Positions 8,618 to 18,190 of a stretch of 57,483 nucleotides of DNA are shown in pieces. How positions within the stretch are numbered: position 1 is the first letter of the stretch; the number at the start of each line of letters is the position of its first letter. This stretch comes from an uncultured Pseudomonadales bacterium (GTDB lineage: Bacteria; Patescibacteriota; Microgenomatia; UBA1400; MFAQ01): assembly GCA_964513845.1 (NCBI GenBank), contig CAZENT010000006.1, positions 1 through 57,483 on the forward strand. The letters are read 5' to 3'. The translations under genes were made by a program, and so were the position numbers. Under the pieces are notes generated by a model. That model worked only from the letters and a program-made list of their open reading frames with translations, searched no databases and had not been told where the DNA came from.

Positions 8618-9688
8618 ATGAAACAGTTCAAGAATTTGCTGGCAATTATTGTTCTTTTACTGGTCATCGTGGTGATAGTTGGTGGTTTCTTGTATCTCAA
8701 GAACAACCCCAACCTCTTTAGCACTCCCAGCCTCCCCAGCCTCGGCTCTCAGCCGACTCTGGATATTACCAAGGTGTATCAGTTCACCCCAACCTTCGGA
8801 CCCCAAGACGTCGACCATCTGGTTGCTACAGTCATGCCCACGCCTCGCGCTGTGCTGACTGAGCCGGAAGTGGCCGCCATGAACGAAGCCCTAAAAGACA
8901 AAAATCGTCTTCTAGGCACCGATTACGTTGTTGGTTCTCAGTACTCAGCCATGGGTGTGTCCTGGTACTGCACCGACATCAAACTCGGTGAATGGAGCCT
9001 ACCTGGCTCCAACATTGGCGTCGCCAAGCTCATCGAAGGAACCTGGGGTATGGAAGCGAGCCTCAGTGAAGTTAGCTTCACTATGGAAAAAGGCAGCACC
9101 ACAACTCCGGTATACCACAAGGCTGATGCCAACGGTAATCCGTACATCGAAACCAAGTACAATGGCGTCCTTGTTGTCACTATCGAAAGCTTTGGCATCG
9201 ATGGCCCTACGTATCTTGAAGGTAATGAGTGGGTTTTCTCGGTCGGTAAGCCTATCCCCGGCTACGAGCTCTGGCTCATTCCCCGTCAAATCATCACAGG
9301 ACAAAGTCTTCTCGAAGAAAAACGGGTTGAAGTTGTGAACATGGCCGAACGCCGTGTCAAACTGGAAACCATTGCTCCAAATGGATCGAATGATATCCTC
9401 TTGGGGCTGTACGACCAGTTCAAATCAAGCTTCACCAAAGAAGGTGACAAATACATCTACAACACACTAGTCACCCTTCTGGAGCCTCTGGCTCGTGAGA
9501 ATGGCTATGCAGGCATCGAAGCAGTTCGCTTAATCATCCCTGATGCCCCAAAAACCATCTATGGTTGGATGGACATGAACGGCATGCCTTTGATCCCAAG
9601 CGACTATCCTTCTGTGTTTGCAGACAGCACTTGCCCGCAAGCACAGCCATCTCCAGCTGATATTGAAAGGTTTACCAATGAAGACTAA
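8618..9688 (+). CDS. Hypothetical N-anchored membrane protein (possibly DUF4230-like)
   Basis: 356-aa ORF, SD AAGGAG, N-terminal TM; DUF4230 likeness is by eye only. Confidence 0.7.
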   Translation: MKQFKNLLAIIVLLLVIVVIVGGFLYLKNNPNLFSTPSLPSLGSQPTLDITKVYQFTPTFGPQDVDHLVATVMPTPRAVLTEPEVAAMNEALKDKNRLLGTDYVVGSQYSAMGVSWYCTDIKLGEWSLPGSNIGVAKLIEGTWGMEASLSEVSFTMEKGSTTTPVYHKADANGNPYIETKYNGVLVVTIESFGIDGPTYLEGNEWVFSVGKPIPGYELWLIPRQIITGQSLLEEKRVEVVNMAERRVKLETIAPNGSNDILLGLYDQFKSSFTKEGDKYIYNTLVTLLEPLARENGYAGIEAVRLIIPDAPKTIYGWMDMNGMPLIPSDYPSVFADSTCPQAQPSPADIERFTNED

Positions 9689-9830
9689 ATTCCCTCAGAT
9701 TAAGCCCCGCATGGCAGTCCCAGGCAAAATCGGCAATGGCCGAGGATGTTTAAAGATAGCTATTATCTTTTTCATCACCATAACTGCGATTTTCATTCTA
9801 CTAACTTTGTTCAGCTTCCTGTTTAGTTAG
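9678..9830 (+). CDS. Small C-terminally anchored membrane protein (50 aa)
   Basis: ATG 9678 after GAAAGG, overlapping the previous stop region; hydrophobic C-terminus; terminator follows. Confidence 0.45.
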   Translation: MKTKFPQIKPRMAVPGKIGNGRGCLKIAIIFFITITAIFILLTLFSFLFS

Positions 9831-9846
9831 TTGAAACTTTCCCCAC

Positions 9847-9873
9847 GCCCCGACTTCGGTCGGGGCTTTTTTT
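9847..9873 (+). terminator. Terminator of the 6228-9830 cluster
   Basis: GCCCCGAC-TTCG-GTCGGGGC plus T7. Confidence 0.85.
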
Positions 9874-9915
9874 GGCATAAAAAACCGGCTGTATTTCTAC
9901 AACCGGTCCTTAACA

Positions 9916-11163
9916 CTAAACTGTAACATTAAGTTCATCGGGGATGTATTTTGTAACATCCACCTTTTTTGGTGTTCCTGTGTTCGACACACCTTCAACC
10001 TTTTCAGGAAGATACTGCTCGATATCAGCTTTTGTCAACGCATTGACTTCACCCATTAACTCTTCGTAAGAGTTCAGTCCAGCATTTAAAATCTTTTCCA
10101 GTGCTTTTCTGTTGCTGTTGTCAATTACACGCTGAATTGTGGTCACCAACGCTGTAGATGCGTTCTGAATTGTTAGGTGAACAAACGTCATAATTGTTTC
10201 AAAGGCAAATTGTGCCCTTTCAATTAGGGCAAGTAACTCAACAGCCTTTTTGATATGAGCGGTTCTGGTTGCACTCGTCTGGATAAGACGATACTGCAGT
10301 AACGTTTCCTCGGCTTGTTTTTGCTGAGCTTCCAATGTCGAAATACCATTTTCTTCTAATTTCTTGCTCAAAACGGTTGCCGTTTCAACACGCAACGCCA
10401 TTGCCAGGGAACGATCATCGGTGCTCGCAACCAATTCCGTTAAGCTGATGAGTTCTCGTAGTTTTGGAACCAAACTACTTAGCTCTTGCACACTTGAAAC
10501 ACGCATCTGTTCAAAGATCGTGAACTCATCACGGATTTGAACCAATCTAGCAACAATACGGCTGTTATCTACAGCTGAAACATTGTTCAACCAGTCTTTT
10601 TCCTTACTGAACAGTCTTTCCGCCTCAACCGCTACTTGAGCATAGACAGATGCCAACTGCAAAACCTGTTGCAAATATGGTAAATGCTGCAACATAAACT
10701 TCAATTCAGTCAAACCCAGTTTTGCCACGGCACGTTCTTGCGAAGTGCGATGAAAAAACCCAAACACATTTTCTAGACCATTAATTGAATCCTTTTTGTC
10801 AGAGCTGACAATTGCATTCCAATCAATTTTGACAAACTTTTTAAGAGTTACAACCTGTTCGTTCAATGGAAGCAGGGCTAACTCTGTCTGGAACTTGTCG
10901 ATTGCCACTTGCAGCTCTTCATCCAACATCATCCGCAAGATTTCATTGGTTGAGTATTTCTCATCAACGAAAGGCAAGATCACTTCAGTCCCCAAAAGAG
11001 CAGGTGCCTTGTTGGTCATGTAAGAACCCACCGCACCTCCAGGACCATACCAGTTGAACACATCTTTTAAATTCTTAACCATCGCATCAATAATTACTTT
11101 CGCGACGATTTGTTCGTTCTTCCCCAATGTTGGGGCTTTTTTCACAATGGAATTCTTCATCAC
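9916..11163 (-). CDS. Hypothetical alpha-helical/coiled-coil protein
   Basis: 415-aa ORF, SD AAGGAGG, own promoter at 11207-11236. Confidence 0.8.
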   Translation of the reverse strand: MMKNSIVKKAPTLGKNEQIVAKVIIDAMVKNLKDVFNWYGPGGAVGSYMTNKAPALLGTEVILPFVDEKYSTNEILRMMLDEELQVAIDKFQTELALLPLNEQVVTLKKFVKIDWNAIVSSDKKDSINGLENVFGFFHRTSQERAVAKLGLTELKFMLQHLPYLQQVLQLASVYAQVAVEAERLFSKEKDWLNNVSAVDNSRIVARLVQIRDEFTIFEQMRVSSVQELSSLVPKLRELISLTELVASTDDRSLAMALRVETATVLSKKLEENGISTLEAQQKQAEETLLQYRLIQTSATRTAHIKKAVELLALIERAQFAFETIMTFVHLTIQNASTALVTTIQRVIDNSNRKALEKILNAGLNSYEELMGEVNALTKADIEQYLPEKVEGVSNTGTPKKVDVTKYIPDELNVTV

Positions 11164-11206
11164 TTAATCCTCCTTCTATAATTTAAAGTACGATTCCGAT
11201 ACGCGT

Positions 11207-11236
11207 ATTTTAACCCATAGGTTATACCTATGTCAA
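11207..11236 (-). promoter_or_regulatory. Sigma70 promoter with an operator-like palindrome in its spacer
   Basis: TTGACA-18-TAAAAT (minus); CATAGGT-TAT-ACCTATG at 11216-11232. Confidence 0.6.
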
Positions 11237-11291
11237 ATAAACTACAAGATACAGAAAGGGGCGCCCTAAGGCGCCCCATAAAACCAAAAAA

Positions 11292-12776
11292 CTAAAAGTG
11301 TCCCACAATTAACCAAAACGAAACTACCCCCATCAAGAATGCCACGATGGCATCAGTCCGAGGAGTATCTTCGGTGGGAACAAGATTCCCAACCAGCTGT
11401 CCACTTTGAGGCAACATTTTGGCAATTGGAGGAAAAATCGCAGAGGCAACGACATTAGCCAAAGCAAAGCCAATCAGTAATGCCAAAATCGTTGACCACA
11501 GAACTCGACTTCCATATGCCGTTAAAGCGAGCCATCGAACAATTTCCGCTCCAATGTCGCCTGCAATAGGTAATGTTGCGGTTCCAATCAATCCAAACAG
11601 AGCCGCAAACCCAAATCGCAGACCCACAAACAAGGGCAGTCCAACCAATACCATACCCAAGGCACCAGCTGTGCCCTGTTGGGTTCCCAGTTCGAATATA
11701 TGAACTGCAATACCCGCAATAACCATTGCGGTTCCAATGGTTTGTCCTGCTCCAGCTGGATTAAACGCATACAACAACCCACCCATCACGAACAATCCTA
11801 CTGAAACAGGAGTCCAATCGGTCTTACCAGTGATTGAAGCAGCAATAAACGCCACCAAACCAAATCCCAAGAGGACAATTTGAATCCATAAGGGGTCAAA
11901 CACAAAATGAACCCCGATTAAGAAAAAGATTACCTGGTTCAAAAACATCGTTACCAGGCTGGTCAAAACCATCCCCACCAGAACAAAGATGTATCCAATT
12001 CGGATAATACGCCAGTCAGTTTGCTGTTGTTCAGCGAATCGCTCTTGCTTGGTCAGCACAACCAAAACAAACAAGACCAGCATGAAGATAATGAAGTTCC
12101 AATCAGGATTGGAAATCAAATCCGGAATCGAGACTGGCAACCTCACTTGGAAGGAAGACTTTTCTTTTTCTTCTTTGATATTTTTTACGGCCACCGCTTC
12201 TTCCGAAACAGTTTGCTGGCTATCAACATACGAGTCCACTGTGTTTACAATTACAATCGGTGTTTGAGTCGGCACAATCACACCAAATTGGTTTTGCGGT
12301 ACCCCAGGCGCCACATCAAAAGATACTTCTGATGGGGTTTTGAATGCACTCGAGAGCACAAACACCCCGAGCAAAATCGCCAGAAGTACAACCACTCCAG
12401 CGATGATCATCACCTTTTTTGAAGGCTTTTTGAAGATCTGTCCCAAAACCGCTTTAGGTTTGAGGTTGGTCTGTTTCTTGCTGTTCAGCCGATTTTTTAA
12501 CTCATCCAGCAGAGCAGCGTTCTTCACCTTTGCAACGGGAACATCGGGAGTTGCTTCCGGTTCAATCACTTTTTCAGGTGTTGCCACGGATTTTAATCTA
12601 CCCGAGTCAACCAAATTTTTATAACTGTAGTAGTTGCTAATCGCTTCTCTTAAAAGAGAGTCAGGATCGGCAGTATTTTCAATTTCCCGTTTAACGCGTT
12701 CGAATTCAGCATCACTTAAACCAGAGAATCTGTTAAACCAAATCTTAAACCACAACTCATTCATATATTCCTCCAT
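11292..12776 (-). CDS. Hypothetical polytopic membrane protein
   Basis: 494-aa ORF with one N-proximal TM and about 8-9 C-terminal TMs; promoter TTGACC-18-TAAAAT at 12827-12856. Confidence 0.8.
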   Translation of the reverse strand: MEEYMNELWFKIWFNRFSGLSDAEFERVKREIENTADPDSLLREAISNYYSYKNLVDSGRLKSVATPEKVIEPEATPDVPVAKVKNAALLDELKNRLNSKKQTNLKPKAVLGQIFKKPSKKVMIIAGVVVLLAILLGVFVLSSAFKTPSEVSFDVAPGVPQNQFGVIVPTQTPIVIVNTVDSYVDSQQTVSEEAVAVKNIKEEKEKSSFQVRLPVSIPDLISNPDWNFIIFMLVLFVLVVLTKQERFAEQQQTDWRIIRIGYIFVLVGMVLTSLVTMFLNQVIFFLIGVHFVFDPLWIQIVLLGFGLVAFIAASITGKTDWTPVSVGLFVMGGLLYAFNPAGAGQTIGTAMVIAGIAVHIFELGTQQGTAGALGMVLVGLPLFVGLRFGFAALFGLIGTATLPIAGDIGAEIVRWLALTAYGSRVLWSTILALLIGFALANVVASAIFPPIAKMLPQSGQLVGNLVPTEDTPRTDAIVAFLMGVVSFWLIVGHF

Positions 12777-12923
12777 TTGAACTCAACATATTTAAGAACT
12801 TTTTAAAGAACTTGTCGATATCCTGTATTTTATCACCATTTATGTCTATGGGTCAAACAAACCATATCACTCCCCATCACACAATCACTTGCACAAAAAC
12901 AAACCGAGTGTTAAACTACATAA

Positions 12924-12996
12924 GTTCCAAGACCAAGGGCGATCACTAAGCCCCTTGCAGAACCAATAATATGGCTCACTTGGAATGGAGCCATTT
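12924..12996 (+). promoter_or_regulatory. Possible L10-leader-like structured 5' UTR
   Basis: AAGAC followed by the AAGGGC...GCCCCTT hairpin and a second ATGGCTC...GAGCCAT hairpin upstream of rplJ. Confidence 0.35.
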
Positions 12997-13018
12997 CTGT
13001 ACCAAAATATAAAAACAA

Positions 13019-13543
13019 ATGCCAAACCAAAAAAACGTTCATCAGCTAGCCGCGATTACCAAAGCTCTCGCCAGCTCTAAGGCTGTCATTCTTACCGAGT
13101 ACGCCGGTCTTACTGTTGCCGAGCAAAACATTCTTCGTGAAGAAGCCGAGAAGACCAACTCCTCTTTCCTCGTCACCAAAAACAATCTTCTTCGTATCGC
13201 TTTTAAAGAAAAATCCAAAGAACTCGCCGACACCCTCGACTCCTTCCTCAATGGTCCAACCGCCGTTCTCTTTGGTGCCGACGCTGTTTCCGCCGCCAAG
13301 ATCCTCTCCAAGTTCGCCGAAGATCACGAAAAGCTCAAGATCAAAACCGGTATCATGGACGACAAAGTCATCACCATTGCCGACATCTCTGCTCTTTCCA
13401 AGCTTCCCTCCTACGAAGAACTACTTGGCAAGCTCATGGCCCAGCTTCAAGCTCCTGCGCAAGCTCTAGTGAGACAGCTTTCCGCCCCTATGCAAAATCT
13501 TGTTTATGGCTTAAACGCAATCAAAGCCAAAATCTCTGCCTAA
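13019..13543 (+). CDS. rplJ: 50S ribosomal protein L10
   Basis: EYAGLTV, VTKNNLL, GPTAVLF and ALSKLPSYEELLGKL motifs; upstream of rplL. Confidence 0.97.
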   Translation: MPNQKNVHQLAAITKALASSKAVILTEYAGLTVAEQNILREEAEKTNSSFLVTKNNLLRIAFKEKSKELADTLDSFLNGPTAVLFGADAVSAAKILSKFAEDHEKLKIKTGIMDDKVITIADISALSKLPSYEELLGKLMAQLQAPAQALVRQLSAPMQNLVYGLNAIKAKISA

Positions 13544-13635
13544 ACCTGTCATTGCGAGGAGCACTCGACGAAGCAATCCCCGCTAACCAAATACCGACCA
13601 ACCTATTATTAAAAATTATAAAAATATAAAAAAAC

Positions 13636-14013
13636 ATGTCCGAGAAAGTAACCAAACTCGTCGACCAAGTCAGTGAACTTTCCGTTTTGGAAGTCGCTGA
13701 ACTAGTCAAAGCATTAGAAGAAAAATTCGGTGTCACCGCCGCTCCAGTCGCCGTTGCCGGTGCTGCCGCTGCTGTCGCAGCCGCTCCTGAAGAGGAAAAG
13801 ACCGAGTTCAACGTCGTTATCGCCGATGCCGGTGCTAACAAAATTGGTGTTATCAAAGCCGTTCGCGAGATCAAATCCGATTTAGGATTGGTGGAAGCCA
13901 AAAACCTAGTCGAAAAGACCCCCGCCCTCGTCCTTGAAGGTGCCAAGAAAGAAGACGCTGAAGCTGCTAAGAAAAAGCTTGAAGAAGCTGGAGCAAAAGT
14001 TGAATTGAAATAA
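13636..14013 (+). CDS. rplL: 50S ribosomal protein L7/L12
   Basis: [41 protein letters not shown]. Confidence 0.99.
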   Translation: MSEKVTKLVDQVSELSVLEVAELVKALEEKFGVTAAPVAVAGAAAAVAAAPEEEKTEFNVVIADAGANKIGVIKAVREIKSDLGLVEAKNLVEKTPALVLEGAKKEDAEAAKKKLEEAGAKVELK

Positions 14014-14067
14014 TATTGTCATTCTCGATCTAATCGAGAATCTATAAAAATAAAATTCTATTTTTCA

Positions 14068-14096
14068 AAAAACCCGTCGCAAGGCGGGTTTTTTTG
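14068..14096 (+). terminator. rplJL terminator
   Basis: AAAACCCGTC-GCAA-GGCGGGTTTT plus T-tract. Confidence 0.8.
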
Positions 14097-14109
14097 TACC
14101 CCAACCCAA

Positions 14110-14139
14110 TTGACATATCTTATAACCAAGTCTTATAAT
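14110..14139 (+). promoter_or_regulatory. Consensus sigma70 promoter for the 14198 ORF
   Basis: TTGACA-18-TATAAT. Confidence 0.7.
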
Positions 14140-14197
14140 ACCACCCAACGCCCGCAAGGCGAATCCATCCATCTAGAACGTTAAAAAGGAGTTTAAG

Positions 14198-15046
14198 TTG
14201 AGTGATTTTAAACCGAGTGTTATATCAAATGGAGATCGCGATTGGAAAGGCATTATGCCTCACCGCATTCGAAGCAAGGCCTGGGATGTGTTGTATGGTA
14301 TTCAAGACTACATAGTTGACTTCGAAGCTAATCCCACCGAACTTTTTGTCAGTGTCAATCGTGGTTATGAACCCAGAGAAGGCTTTGTTTTGTTGGCCGT
14401 TTCAATCTATCTGGCCATGAACGATCTTGAAGCATTGCTATCATGCACCAGTATTGAAGAGCATCTTGCCAATATCAACAAACAAATTCAGTTTGAAAGT
14501 GCTCTTAAACCGGGTGAAGACGTATACAAACCGGTTGAAGACACTCTCAAGCCAGGAGAAGTGTCTCCATACATCAAGTCGTATCTGTATAAAACCATTA
14601 AGGTTATGCTTGAAAAGAAAAACTCTTCATACAGCTCAATCATCGAAGACAATATCAAGATTCTTTTGAAGCAAGCCAAAAAGGCAAAAAACCGCCTTAC
14701 ATACTACCCCGCCTCACCTGAAACAATTTCAGTAGCAGAAAAGTCGAGTCGTTTAGCCTACTGCGATTACGCAATTGGACTAATTGAAAATGCCCTGACA
14801 ATAGCCGAAGAAATTAACGATGGAATCAATGCTGAAAAAGAAAAAATAAGCGATGAAATCAAAGATTTTCTCGCAAAAAACAACTCCAAAATCCTTTCGT
14901 GTGGTCAAGGGTTAGAACAAATCCTGAATCACATCGAAAAACTTACAAAAAAAGCAAATACCCAGGTCGACAACTATATCAAAAGTAACAATATCCAGAA
15001 ACTTGTTGAATCTGTTCAAGACATTTGCCCGCCGGAAAAAAAATAA
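14198..15046 (+). CDS. Hypothetical helical protein (ORFan)
   Basis: 282-aa ORF, TTG start after SD AAAGGAG, own terminator 15065-15088. Confidence 0.75.
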   Translation: MSDFKPSVISNGDRDWKGIMPHRIRSKAWDVLYGIQDYIVDFEANPTELFVSVNRGYEPREGFVLLAVSIYLAMNDLEALLSCTSIEEHLANINKQIQFESALKPGEDVYKPVEDTLKPGEVSPYIKSYLYKTIKVMLEKKNSSYSSIIEDNIKILLKQAKKAKNRLTYYPASPETISVAEKSSRLAYCDYAIGLIENALTIAEEINDGINAEKEKISDEIKDFLAKNNSKILSCGQGLEQILNHIEKLTKKANTQVDNYIKSNNIQKLVESVQDICPPEKK

Positions 15047-15179
15047 AACCCCCATACTTCCCAGCCCGCTCGAAAGAGCGGGTTTTTTATACTTATATTT
15101 TATTGCTATATACAGGGTATAATATACGCGACAACCAAAAGACAATCTGTCTTGCACATTAATCTAAAAAGGAGCAACC

Positions 15180-15995
15180 ATGTCCCGTATTTTTTACGTA
15201 AGTCCTCAGTTCGAAACCATACGTCACAACAATGGTGTGGTTACCACCGATCTCATTTCTTCGCTTGCGTTTAATCGAGAATTCGTTCATTGTTTCGAGA
15301 AAATTAACAAACAATTCCACATTTGTACGACAAACAGGATTAGCGACACTCAGGTTAGCTTCATTATGAATCGAGGCATTGAAGAAGAATATTTCTTCTG
15401 CGTTCTTTCTCTCGTCTTCACCATCATCTCAAGTCAAAAGAGCATCGACGAAATCTGGAAAGACGGCCTGGAAAAATTCTTTTCAACCGCAGATCAGTAT
15501 CCAGCACCCGGCGGTGTCAGACTTTTGTACAAGAACGATCAAGAAGTAGTCGATAAGGCTCTTAAGGTTCTTGTAAACGATTTCGTCGAACCATGGAATC
15601 TAACAGAAACACCAAGACTATATACCTGCATCTTTAATCTAGACCAACTCAAAAGCGGTTTGCAGGAATTAGCATCACAGAACAACCTTGTATTTAAGAT
15701 ATTCGGCAAATCAGATGCAAATACAGCCACCTCATTTATATATGAAGTGGCCAAAGTGAAGCAAGAAATAGCCGAACAGCTGAATGCTTTAACCGAACAA
15801 AAAAAGAAAATTTATGATTTCCTTGATTTTGAAACCCTTTCGGGTTGTCCGGCTAGACAAGAAATTCTTGACACCAAAAAAGCGTTTGAGGATGATCGCG
15901 TTAGCAAAGAAATATTTAGAAAAGCTATTGACCTCTTCTTCTCCGGTTCCAAACTTCTCAGAAAATACGACATATATTCCAACTGGTTTAATTAA
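15180..15995 (+). CDS. Hypothetical helical protein (ORFan)
   Basis: 271-aa ORF, SD AAAGGAG, own terminator 16008-16032. Confidence 0.75.
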   Translation: MSRIFYVSPQFETIRHNNGVVTTDLISSLAFNREFVHCFEKINKQFHICTTNRISDTQVSFIMNRGIEEEYFFCVLSLVFTIISSQKSIDEIWKDGLEKFFSTADQYPAPGGVRLLYKNDQEVVDKALKVLVNDFVEPWNLTETPRLYTCIFNLDQLKSGLQELASQNNLVFKIFGKSDANTATSFIYEVAKVKQEIAEQLNALTEQKKKIYDFLDFETLSGCPARQEILDTKKAFEDDRVSKEIFRKAIDLFFSGSKLLRKYDIYSNWFN

Positions 15996-16351
15996 CCCCA
16001 AACCCCAAGCCCGCTCGAAAAAGCGGGTTTTTCATATATACTCGGCATTTTTTCCAAAAAAAATGCCCCCAATTAAGGGGGCTCTGGAATGTGGGGTTTT
16101 ACCCACATCATCAATTCGGGCGAAGAGACGCCCGAAGCAAAAGCAAAAGAAAACTTCGGTCCCAATTCATTGGGCAAATCCTTTCATATTTTCAAGCCGG
16201 TAGGGCTGCATCCTACCCAACTTTCATACATTTTGCTTTTTTTATCTTCTCTCTTGCGCGCCACGCGCATGTGGGACAAAGGAGAAGGACGCTAACGTTC
16301 TACCTTTCTGAACGGTATAGGTAGTATATCAATTCATTATAGGTTTGTCAA

Positions 16352-16669
16352 CTACTGCCAGACCACCCATGTTTTACCGATAAAAATTTTCTTGAATGGC
16401 TGACAGCTATAAAATGTCACTACCATCACCGTTCTCGGTTTCAGTTTCACGATTGTCTGACCAGAAAATATTTGACCCACAACCTCTGGTTCGTGGCCCA
16501 AATATTCCACCCTAGTCTTTCCAAACATAGAATTCGGCACAACAAACAGGCCTTTTTTGGGTCGAAAAAATTTGTTAACAGGTACCGAGTCAACCAAGGC
16601 CATCAAATATTTTTCCAGCGGCATATCACTATCAATTTTGACAATCTCAAAATTTAAGGGTTCTGACAT
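16352..16669 (-). CDS. Small hypothetical protein
   Basis: Start placed at ATG 16669 behind SD GGAGG (track ORF 16352-16720). Confidence 0.6.
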   Translation of the reverse strand: MSEPLNFEIVKIDSDMPLEKYLMALVDSVPVNKFFRPKKGLFVVPNSMFGKTRVEYLGHEPEVVGQIFSGQTIVKLKPRTVMVVTFYSCQPFKKIFIGKTWVVWQ

Positions 16670-16795
16670 CAATCCTCCACCGTCTAAAGATGTCTTACAG
16701 TGCCTGCTATTATCTCCCAACCCCCTCTCAAAGTCAACCTATAACAACCATCCCCTTGACGTTAGTAAAACTTTCTGTTAATTTCTATATCAGAC

Positions 16796-17044
16796 ATGGA
16801 CAACCAAGACCAAACCCCAATTGTAAAATCAACCAAGAAAGATCTTGATCTAAACAATCTCCCTGACCTTTTGACCGTTTCCGAAGTAGCCACGATTCTC
16901 CGTGTTTCCACCCTTACCATCAAGCGTTGGGGCAAACGCGGCAAACTTCCGGCTATTCGTATCAACTCTCGAGGTGATCGCAGATACAAAAAAGAGTCAG
17001 TCCTCTGGATGCTCGGCATCAATCCCACTCAATCCAACTCCTAA
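16796..17044 (+). CDS. Excisionase-like/MerR-like HTH (HTH_17) DNA-binding protein
   Basis: LLTVSEVATILRVSTLTIKRWGKRGKLPAIRINSRGDRRY. Confidence 0.85.
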   Translation: MDNQDQTPIVKSTKKDLDLNNLPDLLTVSEVATILRVSTLTIKRWGKRGKLPAIRINSRGDRRYKKESVLWMLGINPTQSNS

Positions 17045-17177
17045 GGGTACAAAAAAGACCCCGATTCCTCGAAGCCTTTCCTTGTCATCCCCGACCTGAT
17101 CGGGGATCTATATCAATAATACAAATTCGTCATTTCGAGTTTCGTACTCGAACCGTGGCAATCTCACATTTATTTCC

Positions 17178-17241
17178 TTTGATCTGCCCACGCATAGATC
17201 TTACCCTGTCCAAGTAATAAGTTCTATATGGGCAGGTCAAA
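17178..17241. repeat. 64-bp terminal hairpin B (second copy 19593-19656)
   Basis: TTTGATCTGCCCA...TGGGCAGGTCAAA long imperfect hairpin; the two copies are nearly identical and each sits at the distal end of a cassette array. Confidence 0.85.
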
Positions 17242-17329
17242 AGAAATGACCTGTATTCTTTGGATACCCAAAACGGAATGATAAAAGAAATCTTTGGGAG
17301 GGTGTAGACACACCCTCCCAAAACAAGAA

Positions 17330-17890
17330 CTACCGCATCCGACAACTCACTACGGCATCTTCGAAAGATACGAAAGGCTCTTCGTAGTGAGAAGCATGGC
17401 GGCGAAGTGCCGTCTGCGCTTCTTCCCACGATGGTGCTGATCCCTTGCGGACAAAAACATAGGTTTCCCAATCGGGATTTCCATTTGTCCACAGCGCCAT
17501 TACCACAACATTCTCACCTTCGGGGAGATGGTACACTCCATCATCCCCCTGGCAACGGGGTGGATAGGTGAAACTTTCTTCACCTTCCAAATACTTGATT
17601 TTCGTTAATGGCCAGCCCAGCGTTCGGGCAAGCCGCCGAACGGGATTTGTGTCGTTTTCAATTAACGGCATCCGCAACACCTTATTCGGAGTGATGCGAT
17701 AAGCGCGCCCGGCCACAATTGGCCATACCCCCATGACCATTCCCGTGGAGTTGTACTCCACAATGGTGCCCTTGGTTGAAAATTCAGGATCAGGATACAC
17801 TATCATCCTTGTCCCTGATAAGCCCCGACGAATTACTTTTGATCCGTCAGACACCAATTCATCAAAGGTTTTGTCCAAGAAAATAGCCAT
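17330..17890 (-). CDS. Cassette 1 hypothetical protein (186 aa)
   Basis: ORF with SD AAGGAGG inside the leader hairpin; stop abuts the trailer. Confidence 0.75.
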   Translation of the reverse strand: MAIFLDKTFDELVSDGSKVIRRGLSGTRMIVYPDPEFSTKGTIVEYNSTGMVMGVWPIVAGRAYRITPNKVLRMPLIENDTNPVRRLARTLGWPLTKIKYLEGEESFTYPPRCQGDDGVYHLPEGENVVVMALWTNGNPDWETYVFVRKGSAPSWEEAQTALRRHASHYEEPFVSFEDAVVSCRMR

Positions 17891-18190
17891 TTTTGTCCTC
17901 CTTATGGACAGCTCCGCCGTTAAACGACGGAGAAGAAGAAAATAAGATTCTGCTCAAGCTTGCGCCAAAGCAGTTTTGGGCATACCAGCCCGTTTTGAGT
18001 ATCCAAACTCATATATTGTCATTGCGATCCGCCTTTGGTGGAGAAGCAATCCCCGACATGCGGAGGTTACCTCGACCTTTCGGCTTCACAATGGACAAAT
18101 ATATATTTTAAATCTGGATACCCAAAACAGAATGATAAAGAAATGATGTGGGGGGGGGGTAAAAAAACGCCCCCCCCCAAAAAAAATCTC

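Noticed and set aside
6228-12776. Intact prophage
   Set aside because: No integrase, terminase, portal, capsid or tail genes recognisable, and no att repeats found
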